Shown here one piece after another: positions 19,796-30,709 of a stretch of 64,000 bases of DNA (position 1 is its first letter; the number at the start of each line of letters is the position of its first letter). The stretch comes from Phycisphaerae bacterium (GTDB taxonomy: Bacteria; Planctomycetota; Phycisphaerae; UBA1845): positions 2,176,001 to 2,240,000 of the forward strand of contig CAXXGO010000006.1 in NCBI GenBank assembly GCA_963666835.2, read 5' to 3'. The notes under the pieces were generated by a model. It was not told the origin of the DNA. It ran no database searches and saw nothing but the letters and a program-made list of their open reading frames with translations. The translations under genes were made by a program, and so were the position numbers.

Positions 19796-21930
19796 ACACT
19801 CCGGATCCGAAACCTGCTTCGTCCGGGCGTCGTCTGTTCATTGGGACGAATGTCCTGGTCGCGGTTCTTCTGGTGGTTGGTATTGTCGCGGTGCTGCAGG
19901 CCTTCGCCTTCTCGATGGCAGCGCATTGGGACATGACTACCTCGGGAGTGAACAGCTTGGGCGAGGGGACGCAGAATCTGCTCAAGGAACTGGACACGAA
20001 CATCCGGCTGACTTCCCTTTATTTCGAGACCGATCGCGAAGAGGAGGATCAGCAGCGCTACCGCCAGGCGGCACGTAACCTGATCGATCTGTACGAGGTC
20101 ACCAATCGTTCGAAGGTAACGGCGAATTGGATCAACCCTCTGAAGGACCACGATAAACTGAACGCCCTGCTGACGCGGCTGCGCGAGAAACCGGCGTTCA
20201 AGGCGGGGATCGATGCCTACCGGGCGCGCCTGGACGAGTATTCCACGTCGCTGGATCAGAAGATGAAGGCGCTGGTGAAGGCGGAGCTGGATCGCTTGGG
20301 TACGCTCGGCGGCGGAATCGGCGCAGCTCCCGGCCAAGCGGTTGCCTCCGTGGAGAACCTGTTCCTTCGCTGGTCCAGCGAGTTGGAAGCCGCTCCCGAG
20401 CAGATCGAGGCTCTCGTTGCCGGGGACAACCCACAATATACCCTTGCGGGTGAGGAACTCAAATCGCTCTATCGTCAATTCAGCAAAGCGCTGAGCGACG
20501 TGGCGGGTTTCGGCACCAACCAGGTGGCGCGGAATGCGGATCTGCCGGACGACGAGGCCGAGTTCCTGCGTCAGGCGGGCACGCGCTATGCCGACGTGGT
20601 GTCAGCCATAGAGACCGAGCTTACGAAGCTGGAGGAGCTGGAGCCGCTTGAGATCGACGACGTGATGGCTGAATTGGCGCCTACCGGGAACCCGATTCTC
20701 GTGGAGACTGACAACGATGCCCGCGTGGTGGATTTCAGCTCCGTTTGGCCGCCGATTGACCCCAATGTCAGCGGAGCCCGGGCGTCGATCAAACATCGGG
20801 CGTTCAAGGGTGAGGAGAAGGTCACGGCCGCGATTCTCCGGGTGACTCAGAAGGAGCAGACGGCGGTGGTCTTTGTGCGCTACGGAGGAACGCCGCTGTT
20901 TGCCGGCGGTTTCGCACCGGGGCAACCCGTGGGGGCGTACGCGGCAATGAAAGAGCAACTGGAGGACGCGAATTTCGTCGTGTCCGAATGGGATCTCAAG
21001 ACCAGTCCGACCCAGCCGCCGCTCGAGGGCGAACCGACGCGGACGATCTTCGTAGTACTAAAGCCTACGGCGCCGCCACGCGGACCGATGGGGCAGCAAT
21101 CGTCGGAGCCGCCCTTTGTCGACAGTCATCGCGAAGCGCTGGTTAAGGCCATGGGGGACAATCCGCGAGCCCTGTTCATCACCGGTTGGTGGCCCGGCCC
21201 GTTCGGCGTAATCCCGTCCTCTTACGAATACAACGAGTATCTGGAGAGCAACTGGGGTATCGCGGTGGATACGACGGCTTTGCTGGTGCAGACGACAAGC
21301 GTAGAACCCGGGAAGTACAACGTCATGCGCCGGGACTTCTACAGCATGCCCGATACGAATGTAGCGGACCACGAGATCGTTCGGGGGCTCCAGGGCGTGC
21401 GGTTGATCTTGCCGTGGTGCGCGCCCCTTGAACGGGTCGACGACCGCCCCGAGGGCGTGGAAATAGTCGACCTGGTGACCCAACCAGCGGTCGACGGCTT
21501 GTGGGGTATCAAGAACATCAAGAAGTATGAGGATCAGCTCCGCGAGCGCCAGTATTTGACCAAAGTGGATGAAGACCTTGAAGGGCCGTTCACCTTGGCT
21601 ATGGCGGCGACAAAGGGTGAGGGGAAGATCGTTGTGATCAGTGCCCGGGATTTTGCGGTGGACGATGTCGCATTTGCCCGAGAAATGTCCCTGACTCCGC
21701 AAGGCCTCTCGCTTCATTCCCGCAACCCGGGGAACGTCGGCCTGCTCGCCAATTCCTTGCACTGGCTTAACGACAACGTGGAGTATATGAACATCGGCAA
21801 GCCGATTGACGCGGCGGTTCTGGAGGTGGACAAGACGGCCGTCCGGGTCGTTCAGGGGCTTACGATTCTGGTTTGGCCGGTATTGGCTTTGGTCTGTGGT
21901 TTGGTGGCATGGCGCGTTCGACGCAGGTAG
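19786..21930 (+). CDS. GldG-like ABC auxiliary protein
   Basis: N-terminal TM, WDMT...SL..GT, GEEKVTAAI, N..L..NSLHWL, C-terminal TM plus RRR. Confidence 0.8.
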   Translation: MAVNTPDPKPASSGRRLFIGTNVLVAVLLVVGIVAVLQAFAFSMAAHWDMTTSGVNSLGEGTQNLLKELDTNIRLTSLYFETDREEEDQQRYRQAARNLIDLYEVTNRSKVTANWINPLKDHDKLNALLTRLREKPAFKAGIDAYRARLDEYSTSLDQKMKALVKAELDRLGTLGGGIGAAPGQAVASVENLFLRWSSELEAAPEQIEALVAGDNPQYTLAGEELKSLYRQFSKALSDVAGFGTNQVARNADLPDDEAEFLRQAGTRYADVVSAIETELTKLEELEPLEIDDVMAELAPTGNPILVETDNDARVVDFSSVWPPIDPNVSGARASIKHRAFKGEEKVTAAILRVTQKEQTAVVFVRYGGTPLFAGGFAPGQPVGAYAAMKEQLEDANFVVSEWDLKTSPTQPPLEGEPTRTIFVVLKPTAPPRGPMGQQSSEPPFVDSHREALVKAMGDNPRALFITGWWPGPFGVIPSSYEYNEYLESNWGIAVDTTALLVQTTSVEPGKYNVMRRDFYSMPDTNVADHEIVRGLQGVRLILPWCAPLERVDDRPEGVEIVDLVTQPAVDGLWGIKNIKKYEDQLRERQYLTKVDEDLEGPFTLAMAATKGEGKIVVISARDFAVDDVAFAREMSLTPQGLSLHSRNPGNVGLLANSLHWLNDNVEYMNIGKPIDAAVLEVDKTAVRVVQGLTILVWPVLALVCGLVAWRVRRR

Positions 21931-21936
21931 GACACG

Positions 21937-24279
21937 ATGAATCCGAGAACTACGATCATACTAGCGGTAGCTTTGGCCTTTCTGGGGCTGGGGTACTTCA
22001 CTTTTAAGCTGTCTTCCTCGTCCACCTCGGATAATGTGGTCGAGGCGTCTACCGAAAGTGACACGGGTGTGGCCCGAAAGGTGCTGGGAGCCGACCTGGG
22101 CGATGTGGTCAAGATCGTCTGCCGGCACGCCGCCGGGGACGAGTGGGTGTTCGAGAAGCAAGATGCCGCCGACGGCGAAACTCCGGCGGCAGGACAGTGG
22201 CGGATGACCGCTCCGCGAGATCTGCCGGTGGTTCGGTGGGAGGTTGAACGGATCAGCAATCGCCTCACCCGTCTGGACTACGAGGTCGACTACCCGGCGG
22301 GGGCTCCCGGTGGAGTCACGCCCGCGGCCGCCGGATTGGATCAGCCGGAAGTTACGGTGGTTTTGCACGACGCCGAAGGACAGACAGAAACGGTGGAGAT
22401 TGGAAAACCGGCATCGGCCGAGGCGACGTACGTGCGTGTAGCCGGCAGCGATACGATCCTTGTGGGGAAAGACTCGCTCGATGACCTGCTCAAGGCGCAT
22501 GCCTGGGAGTATCGCGACCGGCTGTTGTGGTCGTTTAAGGCCGAAGACGTTACTCGGGTGGAAATCGCCGACCAGGCGGGCGCCGATGAGGCCAACAGCT
22601 TCGTTTTCGCCAAGGATGGGGCTCGGTGGATGATGGAGGCGCCGGCCGCGGCGCGGGCAACCTCCAAGGTGGACGAGCTGTTGCGGAGCATGGGGAATCT
22701 GCGAGTTACCGAGTGGTTGGACGACCGGCCGGACCGGGTAGCCTCATACGGGCTCGATCCGGCGGCGTTGACGCTGCGCATTACGGTGACGGAGGAGGTT
22801 GCCCCGCCGGAACCGGACGAGGAGGAAGGCGAAGACGCTACGAGCTCTGAAGAGGGCGAAGAGCCGGCGGAGCCGCAGTTGGTGACGAAGGTCTACGAAT
22901 TGGACGTGTCGGATCGCTCGCCCATCGGCGATGAGACGAAGGTCTATGTTCGAGTGAGTGGCGAGACGGGAGTCGGCACGATTCCGAAGACCACCGCGGA
23001 CCAGTTCCGCCCCGTGATGGCCGAGTGGCGGGAGATGGGCATAACCAATGCGGACGTCGGGGCGGCGGAACGCGTTGAGCTGACCACGCCCGAGGGTGGG
23101 GTGATCCTGGCAAAGAAAGACGGCCACTGGCTGTTTGCTGAGGATGACGCCCGGGCTGAGGACTCGGCGGTTCAGGATCTGTTGGATGCGATCGCCGGGT
23201 TGAAGGCTGTCGTGTTTGTGGATGGTCCCGTGAATGACCCGGCTGAGTTCGGCTTGGATGAACCGGTTGCACAGGTTCGATTGACGATCCCCGGAACCGG
23301 TGATGTTGAGCGTATTGCCGTCGGTGGATACACGGACCCCGGCACGAAACGTCTGGTCTATGTCCGACGTGGGGAGGGGGCGGTAGCGAAGGTGCGGGCC
23401 GGCGACGTGAAGCTGCTCCTGCGAAATCCGCGCGATTACCGCGACCGTACTGTGTTTGATGTTGCGGCGGTCGATATTGGAGTGATTACGCTGGATACCC
23501 CGGGGGCGTGCGGTGATGGCCGCGGTTCGGTTACTTTGGGCCGGGCGGGGGAGTCGTGGGCGATTACCGCTCCGGCGGAGGCGCCGGCTCGTGAGCAGGA
23601 TGTGGTCAAGTTGGTCGACGCCCTGGCGGGGCTTCGAGCGGAGGAGGTTGTGGCCGCTTCGGGCGATAGCGCTGAGTATGAGTTTGGTGATCCTGCGATC
23701 GAGATTTCGTTAACGAATACGTCGACTTCGGAAGTTACGTCGCTCGCCGTCGTTGAACAGGGCGGGAAGATCTATGGCAAGCGAGGTGACGAGCCTACGG
23801 TCTACCGACTGACGCGGGCATTTTACGAACTTCTCTCGGGAGAGTATCGCGACGGCCGGGTGATGACCTTCGAAGACGGCGCGGTAACGAGAATGTCAAT
23901 ACGGTCCGGTGAATCAACCCATGTATTCAATCGCGCTGCCGGCCAGTGGACGTACGAGGCCGAGCCGGATCTGCCGCTCGATTCGGCGAAGATCGAGAAC
24001 CTGTTGTTGCAGATTGGTGATTTGCGAACGAGTCGTTTCGTGGCGTACGTTGCCGACGAGCTTTCTGCGTACGGGCTATCCGATCCGGTCCACGAGGTCA
24101 CCATATCGATGGACGATGAGTCGAGCGTGACTCTCTTTGTTTCAGGTCAAACCTGCCGGTCGTCACCGCGCGAAGGGTACTACGCTACGGTGCAGGGATC
24201 ACGGTCCGTTTTCCTGCTGACCTCGGATACAATCAACCGTTTTTCGGTGTCACTCGATCAACTTGAGGCTGAGAAGTAG
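21937..24279 (+). CDS. Repeated DUF4340-like domain protein
   Basis: N-terminal TM; repeated W.M.AP / (Y/F)GLD.P / RDR units; usual position after a GldG-like gene. Confidence 0.78.
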   Translation: MNPRTTIILAVALAFLGLGYFTFKLSSSSTSDNVVEASTESDTGVARKVLGADLGDVVKIVCRHAAGDEWVFEKQDAADGETPAAGQWRMTAPRDLPVVRWEVERISNRLTRLDYEVDYPAGAPGGVTPAAAGLDQPEVTVVLHDAEGQTETVEIGKPASAEATYVRVAGSDTILVGKDSLDDLLKAHAWEYRDRLLWSFKAEDVTRVEIADQAGADEANSFVFAKDGARWMMEAPAAARATSKVDELLRSMGNLRVTEWLDDRPDRVASYGLDPAALTLRITVTEEVAPPEPDEEEGEDATSSEEGEEPAEPQLVTKVYELDVSDRSPIGDETKVYVRVSGETGVGTIPKTTADQFRPVMAEWREMGITNADVGAAERVELTTPEGGVILAKKDGHWLFAEDDARAEDSAVQDLLDAIAGLKAVVFVDGPVNDPAEFGLDEPVAQVRLTIPGTGDVERIAVGGYTDPGTKRLVYVRRGEGAVAKVRAGDVKLLLRNPRDYRDRTVFDVAAVDIGVITLDTPGACGDGRGSVTLGRAGESWAITAPAEAPAREQDVVKLVDALAGLRAEEVVAASGDSAEYEFGDPAIEISLTNTSTSEVTSLAVVEQGGKIYGKRGDEPTVYRLTRAFYELLSGEYRDGRVMTFEDGAVTRMSIRSGESTHVFNRAAGQWTYEAEPDLPLDSAKIENLLLQIGDLRTSRFVAYVADELSAYGLSDPVHEVTISMDDESSVTLFVSGQTCRSSPREGYYATVQGSRSVFLLTSDTINRFSVSLDQLEAEK

Positions 24280-24852
24280 TCCGGCACCTGCGTTCACCGG
24301 ATAGTCGGGCTGAGGGGCGCATAGGGGAGATGTGTTCCGAATCGGATCGGAAATACGTCATCAGTTAATTTTGGTAAGTATTCGCCCGGTTTTTTCCCAG
24401 AGATTCATAGTAGCTTTGCTGGACTAGCTTGCTGGAATCTATTAAGGTGTCGATGGACGCAGTGGTGCTGCGGGTGGCTTCGTCTTTCGCTTGAATCCCG
24501 TCCAGTACTGCATTAGCATCCTACGCATGGTGCTTGATGACAGCCGTTGAGGCCGTATGTTGTCGCCCACAACGGAGCGCGTCGTCGGCCGGACTTCGGG
24601 AGTTATCTCCATTCCGCGGAGCTGGCGTCGGCGATCGAAGGATGTTGTGGGACACGGCGGTTGCAAGACGGCTGCGGTGGGGAAGGGCGCGCCGTGTACG
24701 AAGGTGTGGCCTCTAAGTGGGAGGCGATTCGAGAGAGGCGGGTGGTTTGATGAGAGCCGCTCGTTCAGGAAGGTTCGGTTTCCGGCGAATGTTCGCGTGC
24801 GCTTGTGCCGTGAGCGTCAATGTCGGCTGGGCTCGTGAAAGGAAGGGTTAAC

Positions 24853-25458
24853 ATGGCTGTGCGACATCATATCAAGGTGCTGGTAATCGATGACGATCCG
24901 TCAATCTGCAAGACCGTAGGCCTTCTGCTGGAGGACCACGGCTACAACCCGCGGACCTTTACGGATCCGGAGGAAGCCGTGGCGGCGGCAGCGAAGGAGT
25001 CTTTCCAGGTATCGCTGATCGATCTGCGCATGCCGTCGATGGATGGTGTCGAGGTGGTCGAACGGCTCAAGAAGATTGATACCCGGATGAGCTGCATCGT
25101 TATGACGGCTTATCCGGATCTCGACAGTGCTACGGAGACGATGCGTCGCGGATCGTGCGACTACATCTCCAAGCCGTTCAAGCAGGAGGAACTTGTTGCG
25201 TCAGTGGACCGGGCGTGCCAGCGCATGGGCATCATCTATACGGATGAGGCCGAGCTGAATCGTCTGATTGGCCAGCGCATTCGGAGCCATCGTCTGAGCC
25301 AGAATCTGACCTTGCGTCAGTTGTCGGATCGGACGGATTTGACGACGTCGCAGTTGTCGCAGGTCGAATTGGGCAAGAATGCCGCGTCTATCTGGGCGCT
25401 CGCGCGGATCAGTAACTCGCTGGGGTTGCAGGTTTCGGAGTTGCTCGCGGGGCTGTAG
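24853..25458 (+). CDS. Response regulator: receiver plus C-terminal XRE HTH
   Basis: VLVIDDD, DLRMP, MTAY, KPF; IRSHR...LTLRQLSDRTDLTTSQLSQVELG. Confidence 0.9.
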   Translation: MAVRHHIKVLVIDDDPSICKTVGLLLEDHGYNPRTFTDPEEAVAAAAKESFQVSLIDLRMPSMDGVEVVERLKKIDTRMSCIVMTAYPDLDSATETMRRGSCDYISKPFKQEELVASVDRACQRMGIIYTDEAELNRLIGQRIRSHRLSQNLTLRQLSDRTDLTTSQLSQVELGKNAASIWALARISNSLGLQVSELLAGL

Positions 25459-25595
25459 CGATAAGGCGTCTTCCGGCGCCGGTTGTAGAAGGTGCCCCGG
25501 GGCTATTGCGTTATTAGAACGTACAGACGGCCTGTCCGGCCGCCCATTTCAGGTGGGCCGGGCGGGCCGTAGTTTTGTGCGGGCAAGTAGCCGGT

Positions 25596-26648
25596 TCAGT
25601 TGTTGATAGCGCGCCGAATGTAATCGGCGCGAGCGATGCCGCGTTCTCGTCCTTCGAGCGGGCCGCCGCACACTTTCTGAATATGCGCGGGTTGGGTGCG
25701 GAGGAAGATGTCATTGAGCGTGTCGAGACCGAACCGGTCGAATCTGCCCATGTGAATTGCCATGCGAATGGGCGAAAGCAGCGATTGGGTCTCGGTGCTG
25801 CTGATGCAGCGGGCATTCGTAAGAGTGCCGTAGGCTCGCCAGATTCGGTCGTCGAGCTGATGGGCGAGGTTCTTGGCCAGCGAATCCCGCGCTGCTCGTT
25901 CGTATTCGACTATCTTGGGGATTATCTTGTTTCCGAAAACGTTGATGATCTCCGCCTCGGTTTGCCCGAGGGTGATCTGATTCGATACCTGATAAAGATC
26001 GCCGATGGCCTCGGTGCCTTCGCCCTGCATGCCGCGGACCGCCAGGCGGAGGTCTCGCACCGCGCGGTCCACGCGGTCTATTTCCTTAGTCAGTTTCAAG
26101 GCCGGCAGATGCACCATGACCGAAACCCGCATGCCGGTTCCGACGTTGGTGGGGCAAGCCGTGAGGAAACCGAACTCGCTATCGAAAGCGAAGGCCAGGC
26201 TTGCACTCAGAGTATCATCAAGGTGGTTTACCTCTTCCCACAGCGAGTCGAGCTGAAGGCCGCTGCGCAGCACCTGGATCCGCAGGTGGTCTTCCTCGTT
26301 GATCATCAGGGCTTGAGTCTCGGACGATGAGATGCTCACGCCCCGCGGTCCCTCTGCCAGGGCGTGCTGGCGGCTGATTAAGTGCCGCTCGACCAGCGCC
26401 TGACGATCACCGGAACTCGCCTCCGCCAAGTCTACTATTAGGGCGTCGGACCCGATTGACGAGCCGGCTATCGTGTGCGTCAGGGAATCGTAGATGTCTT
26501 TACGTTCCGCTTCGTCGGCGGTAGCAAGAAAACGATGCTCTGCCAAGTTGCGGGCGAGACGGGCTCGGGAGGAAATGACGACATCCGCGAGAGGACCGAC
26601 CCCCCGCAACCACTCGCCGGTATTCCCCGTCAACTCGTTGAGAGTCAT
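25596..26648 (-). CDS. mcsB: Protein arginine kinase McsB
   Basis: SSRARLARN, LVERHLIS, NEEDHLRIQ, TACPTNVGTGMR, YQVSNQITLG. Confidence 0.96.
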   Translation of the reverse strand: MTLNELTGNTGEWLRGVGPLADVVISSRARLARNLAEHRFLATADEAERKDIYDSLTHTIAGSSIGSDALIVDLAEASSGDRQALVERHLISRQHALAEGPRGVSISSSETQALMINEEDHLRIQVLRSGLQLDSLWEEVNHLDDTLSASLAFAFDSEFGFLTACPTNVGTGMRVSVMVHLPALKLTKEIDRVDRAVRDLRLAVRGMQGEGTEAIGDLYQVSNQITLGQTEAEIINVFGNKIIPKIVEYERAARDSLAKNLAHQLDDRIWRAYGTLTNARCISSTETQSLLSPIRMAIHMGRFDRFGLDTLNDIFLRTQPAHIQKVCGGPLEGRERGIARADYIRRAINN

Positions 26649-27151
26649 GCGGATTCCCCGGAATCCAGAAGCCGGATTTTGTCGCGGATTTGCGCGGCTA
26701 GCTCGTAATTCTCTTGTTCGATTGCGTCCTGGAGGGCACGTTGCAGGCGGAGCGACTCGGTCTGGCGTTTCACCGTCGAGCCTGCATTCTGCGGGACCTT
26801 CCCTATGTGTTGAACGGCGCCATCGTGAGCTCGTTTGATCAAGGACTTGAGCGGCTCTCGAAACACCTCATAGTCGTTGGGGCAGCCGAGCTGGCCTTTC
26901 GTGCGGAATTCCCGAAAAGTCAGACCGCACTCCGGGCAAGCGTAATCATCGGCACTACTACTTCCCCCGGCGGTTTTGTGTTTGATGAACTCCTGCAGAA
27001 TCGCGTTCGTGGTCGGTTGGGAGTGTTTGATAATCACTCCTTCCTTCTCAGCGCAATCCTCGCACAGATGCAGCTCACGCTTCTCCGGGAGCGTGTCCGT
27101 GATGTGTACGGTAGCTTTCGCTTGCTTGCAGTGTTGACAGAGCATGCTCAT
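26645..27151 (-). CDS. mcsA: McsB activator McsA
   Basis: CQHC, CEDC, CPECG, GQLGCPNDY; UVR motif ENYELAAQIRD. Confidence 0.93.
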   Translation of the reverse strand: MSMLCQHCKQAKATVHITDTLPEKRELHLCEDCAEKEGVIIKHSQPTTNAILQEFIKHKTAGGSSSADDYACPECGLTFREFRTKGQLGCPNDYEVFREPLKSLIKRAHDGAVQHIGKVPQNAGSTVKRQTESLRLQRALQDAIEQENYELAAQIRDKIRLLDSGESA

Positions 27152-27220
27152 GCGCGACGTTGTTCTTTCCGACTGACTACCGGTTCCAGACGGGGATTCT
27201 ACGAATCGCCCATTCTGCCG

Positions 27221-27610
27221 TCAATCAGGCGAGGTGTCCGGCTCGGGGTCGGAAGTTGCAGCGGCAATACAGCCGGGAGTCTCGGTTACTTCGACACGGT
27301 GCGCCGCGGTCAATCCACCGGCGCAGATTCGGCTTAACAGATACCCCGCGAGCACCTCGGCCGTGGGGTAGGGGCGCGCCAGCTCTGGTACGGTGTTCAG
27401 ATCCCTTCCGTCGATATCGGCCAACACGGCGCGGAGGTGGTCTTGGGCTATCTGGAAGTCGAGGACCATGCCGAATTCGTCCAGCTCAGGACGCGAAACG
27501 TGCATGCGAACTGTCCACGAATGCTCGTGCGGCGGCTCCGTCGTTCCGTCGTGGAGGCGAACATGATGAGTTGCGTCAAACCGAGCCTCGACGATGATCG
27601 TGTGCAACAT
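27221..27610 (-). CDS. queD: 6-carboxytetrahydropterin synthase / PTPS family
   Basis: FDATH, HEHSW, GMVLDF, LN...PTAE, V.ETP. Confidence 0.85.
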   Translation of the reverse strand: MLHTIIVEARFDATHHVRLHDGTTEPPHEHSWTVRMHVSRPELDEFGMVLDFQIAQDHLRAVLADIDGRDLNTVPELARPYPTAEVLAGYLLSRICAGGLTAAHRVEVTETPGCIAAATSDPEPDTSPD

Positions 27611-27739
27611 GGTTGAGAGATCCTGGAGGACCAGGAGCGGGTTTCTGTCATCCCGCCGCCAACGCGGATTGTATGCGAGCTGAGCCAACAGGGCACGTGC
27701 GGGATTGACCCTGCCGAGGGGCACATGTAGCATCGAAAC

Positions 27740-29257
27740 ATGCTGCACTTTCAGCCAACTCGTGCCGAGTTTGCCGATTTCGCGCGCGATGCCAACGCGA
27801 TTCCGGTGTCTTGCAGCCTTCTAAGCGATCAACTTACGCCCGTGTCGGCGTTCGACCGGATTTCGGAGGGTCAGGAGCACGCCTTTCTGCTCGAGAGTGT
27901 GGTCGGGGGAGAGAAGATTGCGCGGTACTCGTTCCTTGGCGTAGGACCTATCGCGCGAGTTGAGGCGACCGGTGATGCGACAACGGTGGTAACGCCGGAT
28001 GGTCGCCGGGAGTACACCGGATCCGACCCGCTGAAGAGCCTGGAGCAGCTTCTGGGCAGGTATCGGGCGGTGCATCCTGCGGGGCTGCCGCGTTTCTGCG
28101 GCGGGGCGGTCGGGTATGCCGGTTACGATATCGCCCGGTATTACGAGAAGCTTAAAGAGCCGCCCGCCGACGATCGCGGACTGCCGGATTTGCAGTTCGG
28201 TATTTATGACCTGATGGTCATCTTCGATCACGTGTGCAAGCTCGTGCACGTTGTAGCTCATGCGCATGTTGACGGAGCTACTTCGCTGGAGGCGGCTTAT
28301 GATCGGACCTGTGCGCGACTGCAATCGGTGGTGGAGCGACTGGCGGAGGTCCGTGCCGCGCCGTTACGCCCACTGGGTGCGATGACATCCGAAGGGGCGG
28401 CATACGAGAGCAACTTCGCTCCCGACGAGTTCGCGGAGGTAGTAGACCGGTGCAAGGAGTATATTCGCGCCGGGGACATCTTCCAGGTAGTGATCTCGCA
28501 ACGGCTTACGGCGGTGACCGAGGCGTCCCCTTTTGACGTCTACCGGGCGTTACGCGTCATCAACCCGTCACCTTTTATGTTCTTCATGCAAACACCGGCG
28601 GTTACCCTTGTCGGGGCTTCTCCGGAGATCCTTTGCCGTCTCGAGGGGCGGACGGTGTCGACCCGGCCGTTGGCGGGAACGCGTCTACGGGGCAAGACGG
28701 AAGCGGAGGACCTGGGGCTCGAGAGGGAGTTGCTGGCGGATCCGAAGGAACGCGCCGAGCATGTTATGTTGGTTGATCTGGGGCGAAACGACCTTGGCCG
28801 CGTGTGTGAGCCGGGCAGCGTGCGGATTGACGACCTGATGTCTATCGAGCGTTACAGCCATGTCATGCACATCTGCAGCAACGTCTCCGGAACGCTGGCC
28901 CCGGGAAAAACCGCGTTCGACGCGATTCGGAGTGTACTTCCGGTAGGGACGGTGAGCGGGGCGCCGAAAGTCCGGGCGATGCAGATCATTGACGAGTTCG
29001 AGACCGTGCGCCGCGGGCCGTACGCTGGGGCGGTCGGCTATATCGACTTCGCCGGCAACATGGACACGTGCATCGCGTTGCGGACCCTGGTGATTACGCC
29101 CAACCCGGCCGGGGGGAACAGGGTCGATGCCCAGGTCGGCGCGGGGATCGTGGCCGACTCCGAACCGGTCAGAGAGTATCAGGAGACCTTGAACAAGGCC
29201 CAGAGCACACTGGAAGCTCTGCGGGTGGCCAATGCGTGGATCCGCCGCGACGTTTGA
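27740..29257 (+). CDS. trpE: Anthranilate synthase component I
   Basis: LLESV, GDIFQVVISQR, NPSPFM, PLAGT, AEHVMLVDLGRND, GTVSGAPK. Confidence 0.95.
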   Translation: MLHFQPTRAEFADFARDANAIPVSCSLLSDQLTPVSAFDRISEGQEHAFLLESVVGGEKIARYSFLGVGPIARVEATGDATTVVTPDGRREYTGSDPLKSLEQLLGRYRAVHPAGLPRFCGGAVGYAGYDIARYYEKLKEPPADDRGLPDLQFGIYDLMVIFDHVCKLVHVVAHAHVDGATSLEAAYDRTCARLQSVVERLAEVRAAPLRPLGAMTSEGAAYESNFAPDEFAEVVDRCKEYIRAGDIFQVVISQRLTAVTEASPFDVYRALRVINPSPFMFFMQTPAVTLVGASPEILCRLEGRTVSTRPLAGTRLRGKTEAEDLGLERELLADPKERAEHVMLVDLGRNDLGRVCEPGSVRIDDLMSIERYSHVMHICSNVSGTLAPGKTAFDAIRSVLPVGTVSGAPKVRAMQIIDEFETVRRGPYAGAVGYIDFAGNMDTCIALRTLVITPNPAGGNRVDAQVGAGIVADSEPVREYQETLNKAQSTLEALRVANAWIRRDV

Positions 29258-29296
29258 CAGGGTTGGCAAGGGGCGAGACTGGCCAACGCAAAGGGC

Positions 29297-29716
29297 TCAG
29301 ACCGATTCAGTTCTCTCCAGCGGGTCCGCCCCGAGCACTTCGCAGGCTCGGGTTGCGTCGTCGACGCTAAGGACCAACTCACAGGCGGCTCCTGAAGCCC
29401 CGGCGCCGTAGATGTAGCTGATATTGACGCTTGCCTCGGCAAGAGTTGTGGCGATTCGCTCGAGTTCCCCGGGCTTGTTGGCGACTTCGAGAGTTAAGAC
29501 GTTTTCGGTAAGAAAACGATACCCCTTTCCCTCCAATGCGACGGTTGCCCGATCCGCAGGAGTGGCCACGATGTTCACCCAGACACAATCCGTGTCCTCT
29601 GAGATGCAGAGGGCCTCGATATTCACGTCAACGCTACGAAGATCGTGGCAGAGCTTGGCCAACATTCCAGGCTTGTTGTCGATCCCCACACAGAACTGCG
29701 TCTTCTGGAACATCAC
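29297..29716 (-). CDS. Tandem ACT-domain protein
   Basis: Two NKPG.L repeats with VNI motifs. Confidence 0.88.
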   Translation of the reverse strand: MMFQKTQFCVGIDNKPGMLAKLCHDLRSVDVNIEALCISEDTDCVWVNIVATPADRATVALEGKGYRFLTENVLTLEVANKPGELERIATTLAEASVNISYIYGAGASGAACELVLSVDDATRACEVLGADPLERTESV

Positions 29717-30042
29717 ATACTCCCCGGGCCACTGAGACCCAAGCCCTTACCGCCGCGGTCCGGCCGACCAGCCACAAGCGGCGTAGCGTCCATGCCCGTC
29801 CAGTATACCAGTTTGTCAAGTCAGCGCGAAGGCGACTTCGGATGCGCTGATGCGGCATTGGCGCGCGCTTCCTCCATCGTCGCACTATAGCTGCCTACGT
29901 ACACACTGTAATTCGTGCTTGGCGATTGCGGGGTGCGGACGTTCGGCGGGGAGGATCGAACCGTTGGTTGGCGGCGGTCGTCGGGTAGATTGCAGCTCCG
30001 TTCGGCTTGCCCAAGCGCTTCGGAGCCCGGATGATCGGGGGC

Positions 30043-30648
30043 ATGCTTCTTCAGCGACGCGAATGGCCGGTCCTGTTCGTCAACGTGGCGTACCTCTCAG
30101 TGTTCACAACGATTGCGCTGGGGCGGGCCAACTACGAGTTTGTGCTCTATGCCGGGGTTGTGCTGGTAGCGGCCGGGTGGGTTCTGTGGAAGCAGAGCGC
30201 CGTTCGGTTCGATTCGGGCGTCCTTTGGGGGCTTACGCTCTGGGGTTTTCTGCACATGGCCGGGGGCAATATCTCGGTGGGTGACGGGGTCCTTTACGAT
30301 GTGTGCCTGGTCCCCTTGGTGCCGGCGCCGTATCACATTCTGCGGTTTGACCATGTGGTTCACGTGGCGGGGTTCGGCGTAATGACGCTAGTGTGTCATC
30401 ACATTCTGGGCTTCTATCTGAAGGACCGAATCACGCGCTGGTGGGGGCTGGCGATACTGGTTGTGATGATGGGCTCGGGGGTGGGGGCGCTTAACGAGAT
30501 CATCGAATTCGCGGCGGTGCTGTTGGTTCCCGAAACCGGCGTGGGCGGGTACTACAACACCTTGCTGGATCTCGTGTGCAACCTGATCGGAGGAATCGTC
30601 GCAGTCTGTTGGATCGGCTGGCGCCGGCCGCACGAGGTGTCAGGATGA
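30043..30648 (+). CDS. DUF2238-like inner membrane protein
   Basis: LH..GG, FDHVVH, NEIIEF and DL motifs within TM helices. Confidence 0.7.
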   Translation: MLLQRREWPVLFVNVAYLSVFTTIALGRANYEFVLYAGVVLVAAGWVLWKQSAVRFDSGVLWGLTLWGFLHMAGGNISVGDGVLYDVCLVPLVPAPYHILRFDHVVHVAGFGVMTLVCHHILGFYLKDRITRWWGLAILVVMMGSGVGALNEIIEFAAVLLVPETGVGGYYNTLLDLVCNLIGGIVAVCWIGWRRPHEVSG

Positions 30649-30709
30649 TTCCGCAGCCGTTGCTAGAACCACCCTGACACCTTCTCTCTGACTTCTCTCT
30701 GCCCCTGGG

